Assembly (NCBI RefSeq): GCF_000143415.4
Contig: NW_003314274.1
Span: 1,830,213 to 1,894,212 of the forward strand
DNA from: Selaginella moellendorffii
Taxonomy: Eukaryota; Plantae; Lycopodiophyta
Length of the DNA stretch: 64,000 nucleotides
Reading direction: 5' to 3'
A program made the translations under genes and the position numbers. Below are positions 1 through 11,302 of this stretch, piece by piece (position 1 is the first letter of the stretch; every line of letters begins with the position of its first letter). The notes under the pieces were generated by a model, which made no database searches, was not told the origin of the DNA, and worked only from the letters and a program-made list of their open reading frames with translations.

Positions 1-149
1 AAAAATTTCAGTTTTTTATCTCATTCCACCATTATATTCAAAAGTAAAGTGTTTTTATCCCTAAGTACTTAATTAGTTACTTAATTATAATTTCCATTAT
101 TACACCTTAACATCACTCTTATTTCACTACAACACGCCAACATTCTCCC

Positions 150-1300
150 GAAATTGTGTTTTTTAATGTTTTGATGTAAAAAGGATGATTAGCATGACAC
201 ACTCCTAATCAAATTAAATAGTACATTAATCAAAATATAAATTGGCTAAACATTAGTTGTTAGAGAAGAAAAACACTTTTAAATACCTTTTGAAAGTAAA
301 AGTAAAATGGGGTAATGATACTATACAGTAAATAGAGAATAGGAGCAAAAACAATTATTGATCAAGAATGAGTTTAAAATAATATTTAAAGAGTGAATAG
401 GAAAAGTTAACTAAAAAACCATCAAAAGGTGGATGCCAATAAAATGATGGGAAAAATCATTAATTTCCAAGGAAAAGAAAACTTTGGTGCTTTGGGGAAA
501 AAAAAATTCTTTAACAATAACTAAATGATAAAGCTATAAGTAACAAAATTAAGAGGTGATAAAACTTGATGAATGAATAGAATAAAAAATTAAAATATTT
601 TAAGGTAAATTCTGTTATGTAAAGGTTGAATAACCATCTTTAACATATGCAACCAGTTTGAAAAAATATATGTATAAGCAATGAAATTGTTAAACTTGAA
701 TTATAAATAACTTCAAAGGAGAAAACTACTTAAAAAATTTTACTATGTGGTGGGTGGAACTTAGTGTCTAAATTAGGTATAAAATAAACAAGAGGATAGT
801 TTTCTTGGGAAATAAAGTGTATATAATACAATGTGTATAGGAATATATTGATAACACATCTAAAAAATTGATTCAAGGAATTATATGTCAAAAATCCAAA
901 TGGTGGTTTTCTATTAATATAATTTGAAATTACTCTAGAGTAAGAAGTAAAGTGGAGATAGAGAAATATCGTTAGGGGATTTAATAGGATTTAGACCCAC
1001 AAAAAAAGGGAATTTAGGGGTTAAGCCCAAGAGTCAGAGGATATATTTTCTTTAAAGAATGTGCAAAATATAATATACATTCAGTATTAATCATTGACGA
1101 ATAGTGTCTTTATGAGAAAAATAAAATGGTAATCCTTAGAAAATAAATTAAGAGTTAATAAAGATATGGGAGTTGTAAAACACAAGCTTTAAGTCTTAAC
1201 ATGGAGCCAAAAATTTACCATATGGCAATAGCAAAACATAAATATAACATGTTTAGACCAAAACCTTTGACTTAAAAATTCAAAAGTGAGAGTGGAACTC
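150..1300 (+). mobile_element. Possible heavily decayed L1-type LINE ORF2 3' remnant
   Basis: Degenerate motifs occur in LINE order on +: HDTLLI (~193), FKYL (~278), WEKSLISKEKK (~448, cf. WxxxCxPKxxGGLG) and FTIWQ*QN (~1214, cf. WxIWxxRN). Many stops are present and the spacing is shorter than expected. Confidence 0.3.
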
Positions 1301-1329
1301 TTTAAAAAACATTTGTAAAACAATTATCA

Positions 1330-1850
1330 ATAGGGAAGGATTTTAAGGAAATTAGTGTGACAAAGGAAAGTTATATCTATATAATAAGTGATAATATGAA
1401 CATTGGGGAGTTTGAGGTTAAACTAAGCATGAATGAACAAATGGAGTGATTTAGTGAAGTATTCAACAATTGCCTCTATCTCTTTCAAAAGATTAAATAG
1501 TTGATACTATTAATCTAAGTATAAATAACATTACATATTTAAATACCTTATATGGCTAATCAAACTTCATTTTAGCCACATGGTTAGGTATTTTGATGGT
1601 TGAAGGCATCTACAATACTTCTGTTAAACTATAATATTTTGAAATATCATCCCAAAATCCTTGATTTTGAAAAGGAAAAAAAGTGATCTTTTTGCTTAGT
1701 AATCAAGGGTATAGTCACATAATGAAGTTTCAAAAGTTAGTGGGACTTACTGAACAAGCTTTTAAGCTCATTCAATAGCTATGTTAGTGAATAGAAGGGG
1801 TTTAACGAGGATTAAATAAAAGATATTAGAGGATAATATTTTATAAATCT
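1330..1850. repeat. Dispersed repeat, degraded copy of 63180-63740 (same orientation)
   Basis: Colinear matches include aaatatcatcccaaaat (~1642 and ~63519), cattggggagtttgaggttaaa vs cattgaggagtttaaggttaaa, and tagccacatggttagg vs tagccacatagttagg. Confidence 0.75.
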
Positions 1851-2032
1851 TGATGCATTTTAAGGATGTTAAAAAATGGTCATAGAGTGATCACTTATAA
1901 AATAGATGGTTTTGTTTGGTCTATGGTATATATGGTTTTGAATTACTAATGAGATAGTAAGAATGGATATAGCCTTAGCATAAAAGACTAGCATACTAAT
2001 GGTATAAACTTAGAAATGAAAAACATTTAGAC

Positions 2033-4786
2033 CAGTGGTCGACAAATGCCTCCTTCTCCCATATAAAAACCTGGAACTTTTTAAAAACTCCCGGGTAGAT
2101 CAAACCATGAAGGATCTACGGCCCGGGAAAAAAATCATGTATAAGGATTTAACCTTGGTTATTTGATATCAAGAGGATTTTATCTTGAGTATTTTAATAA
2201 GAAAAGGATTTTTTTGTTAACCCATATTAATTAATTGAAATATAAGTACATTTAACTTAGTGTTAAAGATGCTAGTAGAATATACTACATACCACCTGTC
2301 AGTGGAGTAGGTAGGTCATTTTCAGGAGCGAGAGCCCACTTGGTGACACGCTATATGCTACTTAGGTAAACGTGGTAGAATGCCAAAACTACCTCCAAGT
2401 AAAAAGAAGCATCCCTTAGCTACTGATCTTGCTTCTGGGAGGCAATCAACTCTAAATTTGTGAAAAGCTACTATGCAAACAGAGATTGAGAATGATATTG
2501 AGGAACTAGATGATGATGCAACATCAGGGCATTTTAAGGAGCCTTGGAAGCAGAGCTACCGTTGGTTAGAATTTGATGCAACTGAAGGCACAATGTTTTA
2601 CAAGATTTGCAAGGCAAATCCACGAACTAAGAATATTTTTGGCAAACAGGGTAGTAGTAATTTTCGAAAGAGTGCCTTACGCAGTCATGCTAGCTCTGAA
2701 GATCACAAGGAGTCTGTATTTGCTGAGGAGGTGCGTCGTGGGAAGCAACAATCAATTTTAGAAGCTACAACTTAACATCTACACCATGTTGAACAAGGGG
2801 TGCTTGTGTTATTTTATTTTGTTTATTATATTGCGAAAGGATTTGCTCCATTCACTCATTTTCCAGAGCTAATTGAACTTCATCGACTTAATGGGATGAA
2901 CATTCCAAGATATTATGACAGTGACAAAGGTTGTTCACAACTGATAACTTCTATTAACGAGGTATGTTTATGAGACCATGTTAATTGATTCTAACATGGT
3001 TCATGTTTCACTTCAGGTTATGGTTAAAAATATCTTACAAAAAGTCAGGGAAAGTCCCTATTTTGGATTGATGGTGGATGAATCGACTGATATAAGGTAT
3101 TCCTTAATTTGGATTTATTAGTTTTCTTATGATTTGATTTATTTTCAGCACTATGAAGCATTTGATCTTTTACGTGACTTACATCAAATGTGGTTCTGTG
3201 AAGACGAGCTACTTGGGGATTGTCAACATTGGTGATAGTGGTGTAGCAAGTATCTCTAACTGCATTAGTGATATGCTTAAGTAGTGGAACTTAGATATGC
3301 AGCGGTTCATGGGTTTTGGTTCAGATGGATGTAATGTCATGGCTGGTAGCAGGACAGGGGTAGCAACCAAGCTAAAGGAGATTAATCCCTTCTTAAGCAG
3401 TGTTCACTGTATGGCACATCGAGCTAATTTATGTGTGGAAGATGCTTATGGGGATGGAGAATGTGCTACACAATGCATGACGATTGATAAACTAGTGAAC
3501 AAGGTAGCAGCTTACTTCAGCAAAAGCTTGAAAAGGTTGGCTCAGCTAATGGAAATTGAGATGGAACACAATCATACCAAGCTTAAGCTGCAGTGCATAC
3601 AGGATATGAGGTGGCTAAGTCGTGGAGGGGCTTTTTCTAAGCTTTGCGAATGTTTGGAGCCAGTAGCTGAGCTTTTCAAACGAAGTGGCAAGCTGCAACT
3701 TTACAACAAGCTGAGAACTCTCAAGAACATGTACGTCTTGCATTTTCTGGCTGATATTTTACAGGTGATAGTAGTCTCAATCAGAAATTCCAAGAGAAGC
3801 TAATCGACATCACCATGGTTGGACCCTTGTGCCGAGAGACTATTGTGAAGCTAAACCAATATTACATCAGTGATGAGATTGATTTGAACAGTAATCCCAT
3901 GGATAGCAAATCATATCCATGCATCCCTGATGGTGGTAGTAAGGATGGCTTCCTCCATGCTTTGAGAGCTTCAGTTAAAGGAGATGTTTACAGAACTATG
4001 CAATTGATCCGATCAGAAGATGGAAGTGATCTTCAAGAAGCTATGCAGTTTCAAATCTCCTTTACTTCTGCTCTCATTGCAGCTATTAAACAACGATTAC
4101 AAGACATAGGGATACTCTCCAAGATGCAAGTTCTGGCTCCAGTTAATTTGCCAATCCTTGTCAAGGAAAACAAACGGTTTGGGATTACAGAGGCAAGGGA
4201 GCTTGCAGAATTTTATGGAAGGCATTTAGAGGTGGATGGAGTTCTTGTTAAAGGCATTGTGGATCCTTCAGCCTTCATGGAAGAGTATTCAACTTGGAAG
4301 CTGCTTGCCTCAGAGGAATGGAAAGGACGAAATTTTATTGATATGTGGAGCATCATACATAGTCAAGCAAGTTGGGCAGAGAGCTTTCCAAACTTGCTTC
4401 GAGTTGGTGAAATTGGGATGGTGTAGTGTGTTAGCACTGCAAGTTGCGAGTGAGGTTTTAGCAGAATAAACTTGATCAAGAACAAGTACAGAAATCAGAT
4501 GAGTACTGAAACAATTGATGCTCTCGTAAGGATTTCAGTTGAAAGTCCTGAAATTCAGAAGTTTAACTTTGATGAAGTTGTGGACCACTGGAAAAAAAGT
4601 GCACACTATCGGCAAATTTTCTCACAGTTGTAAGCTTGTTTAACCTTATGTTTTTTTTAATAAAAGGATTTTTACTTGAGAAAATTTTGATTAGAAGGTT
4701 TAATCCTGGGAATTTTGAAATATCCTTGGAGGTTAAACTCGAGGAGGATTTTTGCTTTGGAAGGTGAAAAGGTTTGTCGAACGCTG
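2033..4786 (+). mobile_element. hAT-superfamily DNA transposon with terminal inverted repeats
   Basis: Left end CAGTGGTCGACAAA (2033) and right end reverse complement CAGCGTTCGACAAA (ends 4786) match at 12/14 and enclose a transposase pseudogene. Confidence 0.8.
2380..4633 (+). pseudogene. hAT transposase (ZNF862-like) pseudogene with 2 short introns
   Basis: Zinc-finger region WLEFD..MFYKICK, GLMVDESTD, GFGSDG, HCMAHR, RWLSR and dimerisation motif CE*GFS are present. Introns lie at ~2962-3016 and ~3098-3148. There are in-frame stops and a frameshift near 3769. Confidence 0.9.
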
Positions 4787-6206
4787 TGATGCACCAACGT
4801 GTTGAAGAGTTACTGCATAATGGTGGCATCTAGAGCTGGCAGCAAAAGATCATTGGAGGAGAAGAAAGAGATACATCCCAGAGAGTTGATACAGGTTTTC
4901 TCCTTGTATCATTGTTTCCAGTGTGTAAATAGCTAATAACTTTGGGCAACCTTGTTGCACTTTTAGTGACTGTATTCCACCAGCACCAGTGGAGTAGGTG
5001 CCTCCAATTCTGGGAGTGGTGTGATTCCATAATTTGACTGCACTCTGAGGCATTTCTGCTAGTACTCCACATGATGCCTCAGCTGAGAAGTAAGTCATCC
5101 CATTGTGGTCACCAACTTTGCTGCACACTCAAAATCCCATTGGAAACTCTATCTCTCATTGGAAAATGCCATTGGAAAATCTGGAATAATCTGATATTTG
5201 GGAATACCTCTGGAATCATAGTACATCACACTCCCTACTGGCAGCAGAGGGGCTTAGGGAGAGCTGGAATGCACATAAAATGGCCCTACTCTTTCTTGGT
5301 ATGACAACTTGAACACCATCACCATGTCATGCTCGCTCCAATTTCACTTGACGAAGGCAAGGTAGGAGTCCACACCTTGGATGAAGGACATGCCATGATA
5401 GGTTTGGTTTCGCATGGTATGTGGGTGCTAGTGTGTATCCTCGTAACACTGTTCCAACCAGCGTCAAGGTTGGTTGGCCACACTGTTCCACCAGCATCGT
5501 AGCCAAAGGCGTGGGAAGTAACTACATGCATTTGATGGTTAATTGCGCATTGCAGCACGAAAACCTTGTAGGGTGGTGCTCATTGACTGTGGTCTTGAGG
5601 GACAACATGCGGATGATCTGCCCTCATGAGCTTGGGATGACAGTGGACAAAGACTGGGAAAGTTGTGTGATAGATTACAAAATTATCAAATATCTTTCGC
5701 TAATCGACAAGATTACTATTTACATAGTTTATACTATGTGGCTAGATCTTTGCCACAGTGTTTGGGCATAAGGATCAATGGGATACTTGGCACTGACTGC
5801 TCCTCGTTTTGCTCCTCCTCCTTTTTTCAGCACGCAATCTGTCAAGCTCCTTGAGGAGTTTAGCATCCTCCATGTCCTCGTCGCTAGAACTTTCACTCTT
5901 GCTCTCTTCGCTCTCGTTCCAGAGCGTCACACACCTAGTATCCAAATTCATGGCGTTTTCAACTCTAACCTCTTTTTTCTCCCCTGATCCCCTTGAAAAT
6001 GGCCCCTCCGTGGCAAACGCACAACCACCGCCTACACGTTGGTGCCATGCTACAAACCTTATATAAGGTAGGTCTAAACCCTACTTATTATAAACCGGCG
6101 GCGAATAAAGTGACAGAATATCCGTGAGTGCGGCAGGTCAGTTGGCAGAATATACGCGTTTCGTTTCTCTTTAGGGCTTCTCCCTCTCTCGAGTGAGTGG
6201 AATGTG

Positions 6207-8229
6207 ATGTTGGAGAAGGAGCTGCTCAACCAGCTGATCGGCGTGGTGTATGACACGCTGGGTGGGATCCAAATGTCCGGCAGGCACTCGTCCGCGAATT
6301 TCACTACCGCGGTTGTGGTGGGCGTGGCGGTCACCGCCGTCGCGGGGGTCGCGGTCGCCGTCGCGGTTGGGGGCACTGGATTCTTGAGCGATCGGTAAGC
6401 TTTCCTAACAATCCCTCTTCTCGCGAATTTGAGGCAAAATTCCCATCGATCGATGCCTAGAGAATGGAATGGAACTGGATGAATGAATTTCCTGGGATTG
6501 CTTTCCTTGTTCCTGGAGCTCTTTGCTGCCTTTGTTCCCACAGATGTGTGGAGATGTGGCGGTGTTGAGACCACTGGACATGGGGCAAGGCAATGCTCAC
6601 AGAAGAAACCAAGCTTATTGCAAGCCTTACTATTTCTCCTCCAAGAGGTAGTAGTAGCTTCCCCTCCCTCGAATTTTTTCTTCTTGCTTTCTTGTGTGTT
6701 TATTTCTTCTCTAAGCGGCTGGCCATCTTTTTGATCCTTTTGTTGGTTTCTTTCTCTCTTCCAGGGGGCCGTTTCGAAAGCGATGGAGGCGAAGGCGGCA
6801 TCACCCCCTCACCCAGCAGCAATGGGAGGATTTCTTCGGGGATGAAGGCCGTCTCTCGAATAACAGCACCGAAAAGCTCATTCACAAAGTTCGCTGGGGG
6901 GTGAGGTCTTTCTTCTTTTTTTACCAGTTTTTCCAGTGTTTAGAGTTGTCTCAAGGAAGAACTGTGATGTGCGTCGTGACAGGGCATAGAGCCAGGAATT
7001 CGAGCTCAAGCGTGGCCATTTCTGCTTGGAATGTAAGTGTGTTACAAATCCTTTCATACGTTCAAAGTTTCAAAGTTTGTCATACCTTCCATCAGATACG
7101 AGGTTGATAGCACCGAGGCAGAAAGAAAGGAACAAGATGCGAAGCTAAGGTAACGAGCAAGTTTCCGAAGATCCCATACGCAAAAAAACTAAACTTTGCT
7201 TGGAAACTCGCCTGCAGGAAGGAATACGAAAAGATACGAAGCTACTGCCAAGAAATCAAGCAATCACTCACGTCCAGAAGAGAAGGAGAGCATCAACAAG
7301 ATGGCATGGAAGAACAAGCAGAAGAAGAACACAAACTCATGCCATTCTCCGAGAGCCAGATCGAAGCATTCAGCAGCATCAACGACAGCAGCGCGTTCTG
7401 GAAGAAAGGACCCAAGGCAGTGGACGACATAGTTACCTGGCAAAGGATCATCCGCCTGGACGCCGTCCGGATGAACGCCGAGTGGGTTCCATACTCTCCG
7501 TCCCAGGCCAACGTGAGCGACGAGGAGACGTCCAAAGTAGCCCGCAAGGCCGGCCTGTCCGACGACGAGCACCTGGAAACTTGCCGTCGCTACCACGCCG
7601 CCAGGCTCGTCTCCATCCTCGAGGCCTACGCGCTCTACGATCCGGACACGGGCTACTGCCAGGGGATGAGTGACTTGCTCTCGCCGTTCGTCGCGCTCAT
7701 GGACGACGACCACCAGGCCTTCTGGTGCTTCGTGAGCTTCATGAGGACCGCGCGGCACAACTTCCGGCTGGACGAGGTTGGAATCCGGCGGCAGCTAAAC
7801 GGGACCTCGGACATCATCAAGGTGGCAGACCCGGAGCTGTACGAGCACCTGGTGAAGATCAAGGCCGAGGACTGCACCTTCGTGTACCGGATGGTGGTGG
7901 TGCTGTTCCGGAGGGAGCTGACTTTCGAGCAAACGATATGCCTGTGGGAGGTGATATGGGCGGACTCGACGGCAATGAGGACGGGCAAGGGACTGGGAGA
8001 GGCCCAGAAGAAGAAGAAGGCTCCCCCGACTAAGGACTTGCTGCTCTACACCATAGCGGCGGCGGTGTGCCGGAGGAGGAAGTTTATCATGGAGAACTGC
8101 AAAGGGATGGACGAGCTGCTGCGGGAGTGCAATGCCATGGCGGGGAACTTGGACGTGTGGCAAATGCTGGACGACGCTCGGGAGCTTGTGAGTCGAGTGC
8201 ACGGGAGAAGGCCAGAGACGCCTACATGA
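6207..8229 (+). CDS. TBC-domain Rab GTPase-activating protein with N-terminal hydrophobic segment
   Basis: Exons 6207-6394, 6765-6900, 6983-7032, 7096-7149 and 7218-8229 splice in frame. Motifs include GIEPGIRAQAWPFLLG, IIRLDAVR (Arg finger) and GYCQGMSDL (Gln finger). Confidence 0.9.
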
Positions 8230-8380
8230 GAAACGAATCCTGGTTTAGAGATAGTAACTGACGTTTACCTCGGGATAAGAGTCGGGCGGGCTTGTGCAAA
8301 GAGCCTGCGGCTTTTATTTTTCTTCTCACAATCATACAGCGCAGTGATCAAAGGTAGTATGCCCAAGAATGTAAAACGAG

Positions 8381-10425
8381 TCAAGATACCTTCTTTACGT
8401 ACACCTCGGTCGCCGAAACGAGCCGGTTCCTGTCGACGTACAGCTTAGCTATCCATCCGGCCAGGAAAATTCCCAGCAAAGCAGCAGTGCTGGACCAAAA
8501 GATGACGATCCACTTTGGCATTGGCTTGGGATAGAGACCTGGACGGAGAAAGAGCGCGCTCATTGCTGTTTTCGTCGTCGAAGATGAATAAAGGATGCTT
8601 ACCTTGGCCGAACTTGACACAGATGAGTACCTCGACAATGCAATTTGCAAGTGATAGCCAGCAAAATGCGCCAATCTTTTTCATTGGTTTTCTGAAAAAA
8701 AAAAAAAAAAACACACCACGAGAAGTAAATCAGGAGAAAAGCGGTGAAACTGGAGTACCTGTCCTGAAGGAATGAATTGTACTCCCGGATGGCTGGATTG
8801 GCTATAAGCCACCACAAGATGAGCCTGTACGAGTTTAGCGGGTTGCGTGGAGGCACCCACAGGCAAAACTTGAGGAAGAACGCATTGAGCTCCACGGTGA
8901 GGACAATGACAACAAGCCCCAGCACTTGGACAAAACGTAACGGGCCAGAGAGAGGATTCCATTCGTCTTTGTCCCAGTTCGCTGGAGTGAATTGACTTAG
9001 TGACCGTCTCACCTGAAAAAGTTATGAATGTTTATATGTTTAGATCTCCGATGTTTCACTTCTCACCTTCCCCATTATGGTTGGCTGACGACTCAATCCA
9101 ACCCACTCGTAAGTTTTTCCATCAAAGTACCGGACGGTTTTCATGCCAGACCAGATCCCTGTGGCTCACAGAATTAAAACCAGACATTTTCATACAAAGG
9201 AGAATTACGTACCAAACCAGTTGCAAATAAGAACGTCGAGAATGATACTGTCCCACCAACATTCATTGAAGTTCGGTAGCATATGGTTAAACGTCACCTG
9301 AAAGAAAATGTTCCAAGGTTTTTGGCAACGCTACTCTTTTCGATATTTACCTCCATCATCTCGAAGCCGATAGAAAGCATCCACAAAATTGGAAGACTAC
9401 GTAGCATGATAGCTTTTGCCCACCATCCCAGGACATGAGCAATAACAAATTCATCAAACAGAGTATCCTGAACAAACACACAGAAATTAGTGTTCAGCTT
9501 CACGATAGTTATGACATTCATACATAGACATTCTTAAACTTGTTGGGATCCTCGGGTGTGTAGATTCGGCAGTCTCCTCCATATGACCTTTCGGGAAGCT
9601 CTGAAAGAACAAAAAAAAAAAGAAAAAAAGTAAGACAACTTCCAGCTACACGAGCAAAGAAAAGACTTGCCAATTCCGAGATCCGGATGAATATATTTCA
9701 TGAATTGCCTTGCATCGTCTCTTTTCTGCAGAAAGAGCAAACCATTCAGAGGAATAAAAACTAGTGTCAAATACCTGGAACAAAAGGAAGGTGAGGAACA
9801 CTAGATAAACCACTGCGACGCCATGGATCATTCTCCAAAACGCAGGATGCGGTCGTATCAAGATCCTGTGAAGTGATAAAAGACGAAGAAAGAAGAATGA
9901 AATCGCAGCAGTGAAAATGCTTACGTGGGAGGAGCTTGGAGTAAGCAATATCCTAAGAACACGGCGATCATGGCCCATACTCCTCTAGAAAAATTGGAAC
10001 TCGATCACTCCACTTCAACCAAAAGAAAGAGTGAAGGAAACGAAAGAGCTTACCTCGTACCATTGACAGCGGCATTCTCGTCGGAGATCTCCGGTTGAAG
10101 CGCACCGCTGGCCCATCTACAAGAAAAAATTTCCAGAAAAACGAGTATGATCGATGAAAATAGCAGCTGTGGAGATTCTTTCTTACATGAGAGCGCAAAC
10201 ACCGGCAATGAGCACGGAGATCGTGCGTGGATGATACGCCCAGGCCGTCCAGGGATCCAAATCGCTCACTACAACAACCGGAGGAGGATCATCCAGCACC
10301 AAATCCGATCTCCGGCGCTGCTGGCGATGCTTCTTCCGGTGCTCCAGGGCAGAAATCAACAGAGCGCCATCGCTACTAGCCACGGCGCCATCGCTGCTAG
10401 CCACGGCGCCATCGCTGCTCGCCAT
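8381..10425 (-). CDS. PSS1: Base-exchange phosphatidylserine synthase (PTDSS/PSS1 family), multi-exon
   Basis: Exon peptides [40 protein letters not shown] and [16 protein letters not shown] are separated by short GT-AG introns. Confidence 0.92.
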
Positions 10426-10508
10426 CTGGCAGGAACAAGTGAAATATTTTTAGGGCTCTTCAAGGCATTTGGAGATATCCCAGTGCGGGATTAGAAGAGA
10501 ATCGATCG

Positions 10509-11288
10509 ATGGGAGGATCGTCGAGGAAGGTCTTGCGCCTGCTAGCGCGGATCAAACAGGATGGATTCCTCACACCAGATGAGCTCCAGGCCGCGGCCGC
10601 TGCCAAGGCGAAGATCTCGCGTTCACAGGCGTTGCGAAATTACGAGGAGCTCCGCGAGCAAGGGGAATCGCCCAGTGCCTGGGATGTCTCCGCGGCGCTG
10701 ATGGCGTGCGGGAGCTATAGGGATCTGGAAACCGGCCAGAGGATCCACGCAGAGATTGGAGTGGCGAACGATTCCAAGAACACCATCGCGGCATCGCTAG
10801 TGGCGATGTACGCGAAATGCGGCAAGATGGGCGAGGCGCAGCGGCTGTTCGATTTGATGGGCGCGAGGAAGAAGCCGCTTCTGGCGTGGAACGCCATCGT
10901 CCTGGGCTATGTTCGCGCCGGGAGGAGCGATCGAGCTCTGGAGATCTTCCATTCGATGCAAATGGAGGGCGTGAGGCCGGACGAGAGGAGCTTCTTGGCC
11001 GCTATCGGGGCTTGCGCGTCGCTGGCGGTGGATCCAGGCGCGGATCAAGAAGAAAAGAAAAACATTTCGGATCGGGTGAGAAGAATCCACGGTCTCCTGG
11101 AGAAGAAACTCGTGGACACGCGAGCTTGCTCGATCGTGACGGCAGCACTGGTGGATGCGTACACGAAGTGTGGGAGCATCGAGGAGGCGAGAGTAGTGTT
11201 CGAGACAATGCCCAAGAGAGATGATCTAGGGTTTTATGTGAGCGCTATAAACCCTAAAATTAACCTTTTACAAAGTTATAGAACCTAA
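10509..11288 (+). CDS. Truncated PLS-type PPR ORF (possible pseudogene)
   Basis: PPR motifs LVAMYAKCG, WNAIVLGY and LVDAYTKCGSIEEARVVF are present. Homology ends after FETMPKRD (~11225) and the ORF is out of frame with the next PPR ORF. Confidence 0.7.
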   Translation: MGGSSRKVLRLLARIKQDGFLTPDELQAAAAAKAKISRSQALRNYEELREQGESPSAWDVSAALMACGSYRDLETGQRIHAEIGVANDSKNTIAASLVAMYAKCGKMGEAQRLFDLMGARKKPLLAWNAIVLGYVRAGRSDRALEIFHSMQMEGVRPDERSFLAAIGACASLAVDPGADQEEKKNISDRVRRIHGLLEKKLVDTRACSIVTAALVDAYTKCGSIEEARVVFETMPKRDDLGFYVSAINPKINLLQSYRT

Positions 11289-11302
11289 CACTCAAAAAGG
11301 TG

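Noticed and set aside
5800-5960. Resemblance to CWC15 (acidic tract followed by LLKELDRL)
   Set aside because: Low-complexity similarity only, with the conserved CWC15 termini not seen.
4769-6060. Inverted match gcaccaacgtgt (4791) / acacgttggtgc (~6034) as TIRs of a second element
   Set aside because: Only 12 bp with no TSD, so it is compatible with chance.
6074-6574. 166-aa minus-strand ORF with a Thr/Ala-rich tract
   Set aside because: Antisense shadow of RabGAP exon 1.
7306-8229. The ORF track suggests a 5'-truncated, intronless TBC gene
   Set aside because: Four upstream exons from 6207 splice in frame and supply the missing N-terminal TBC motifs.
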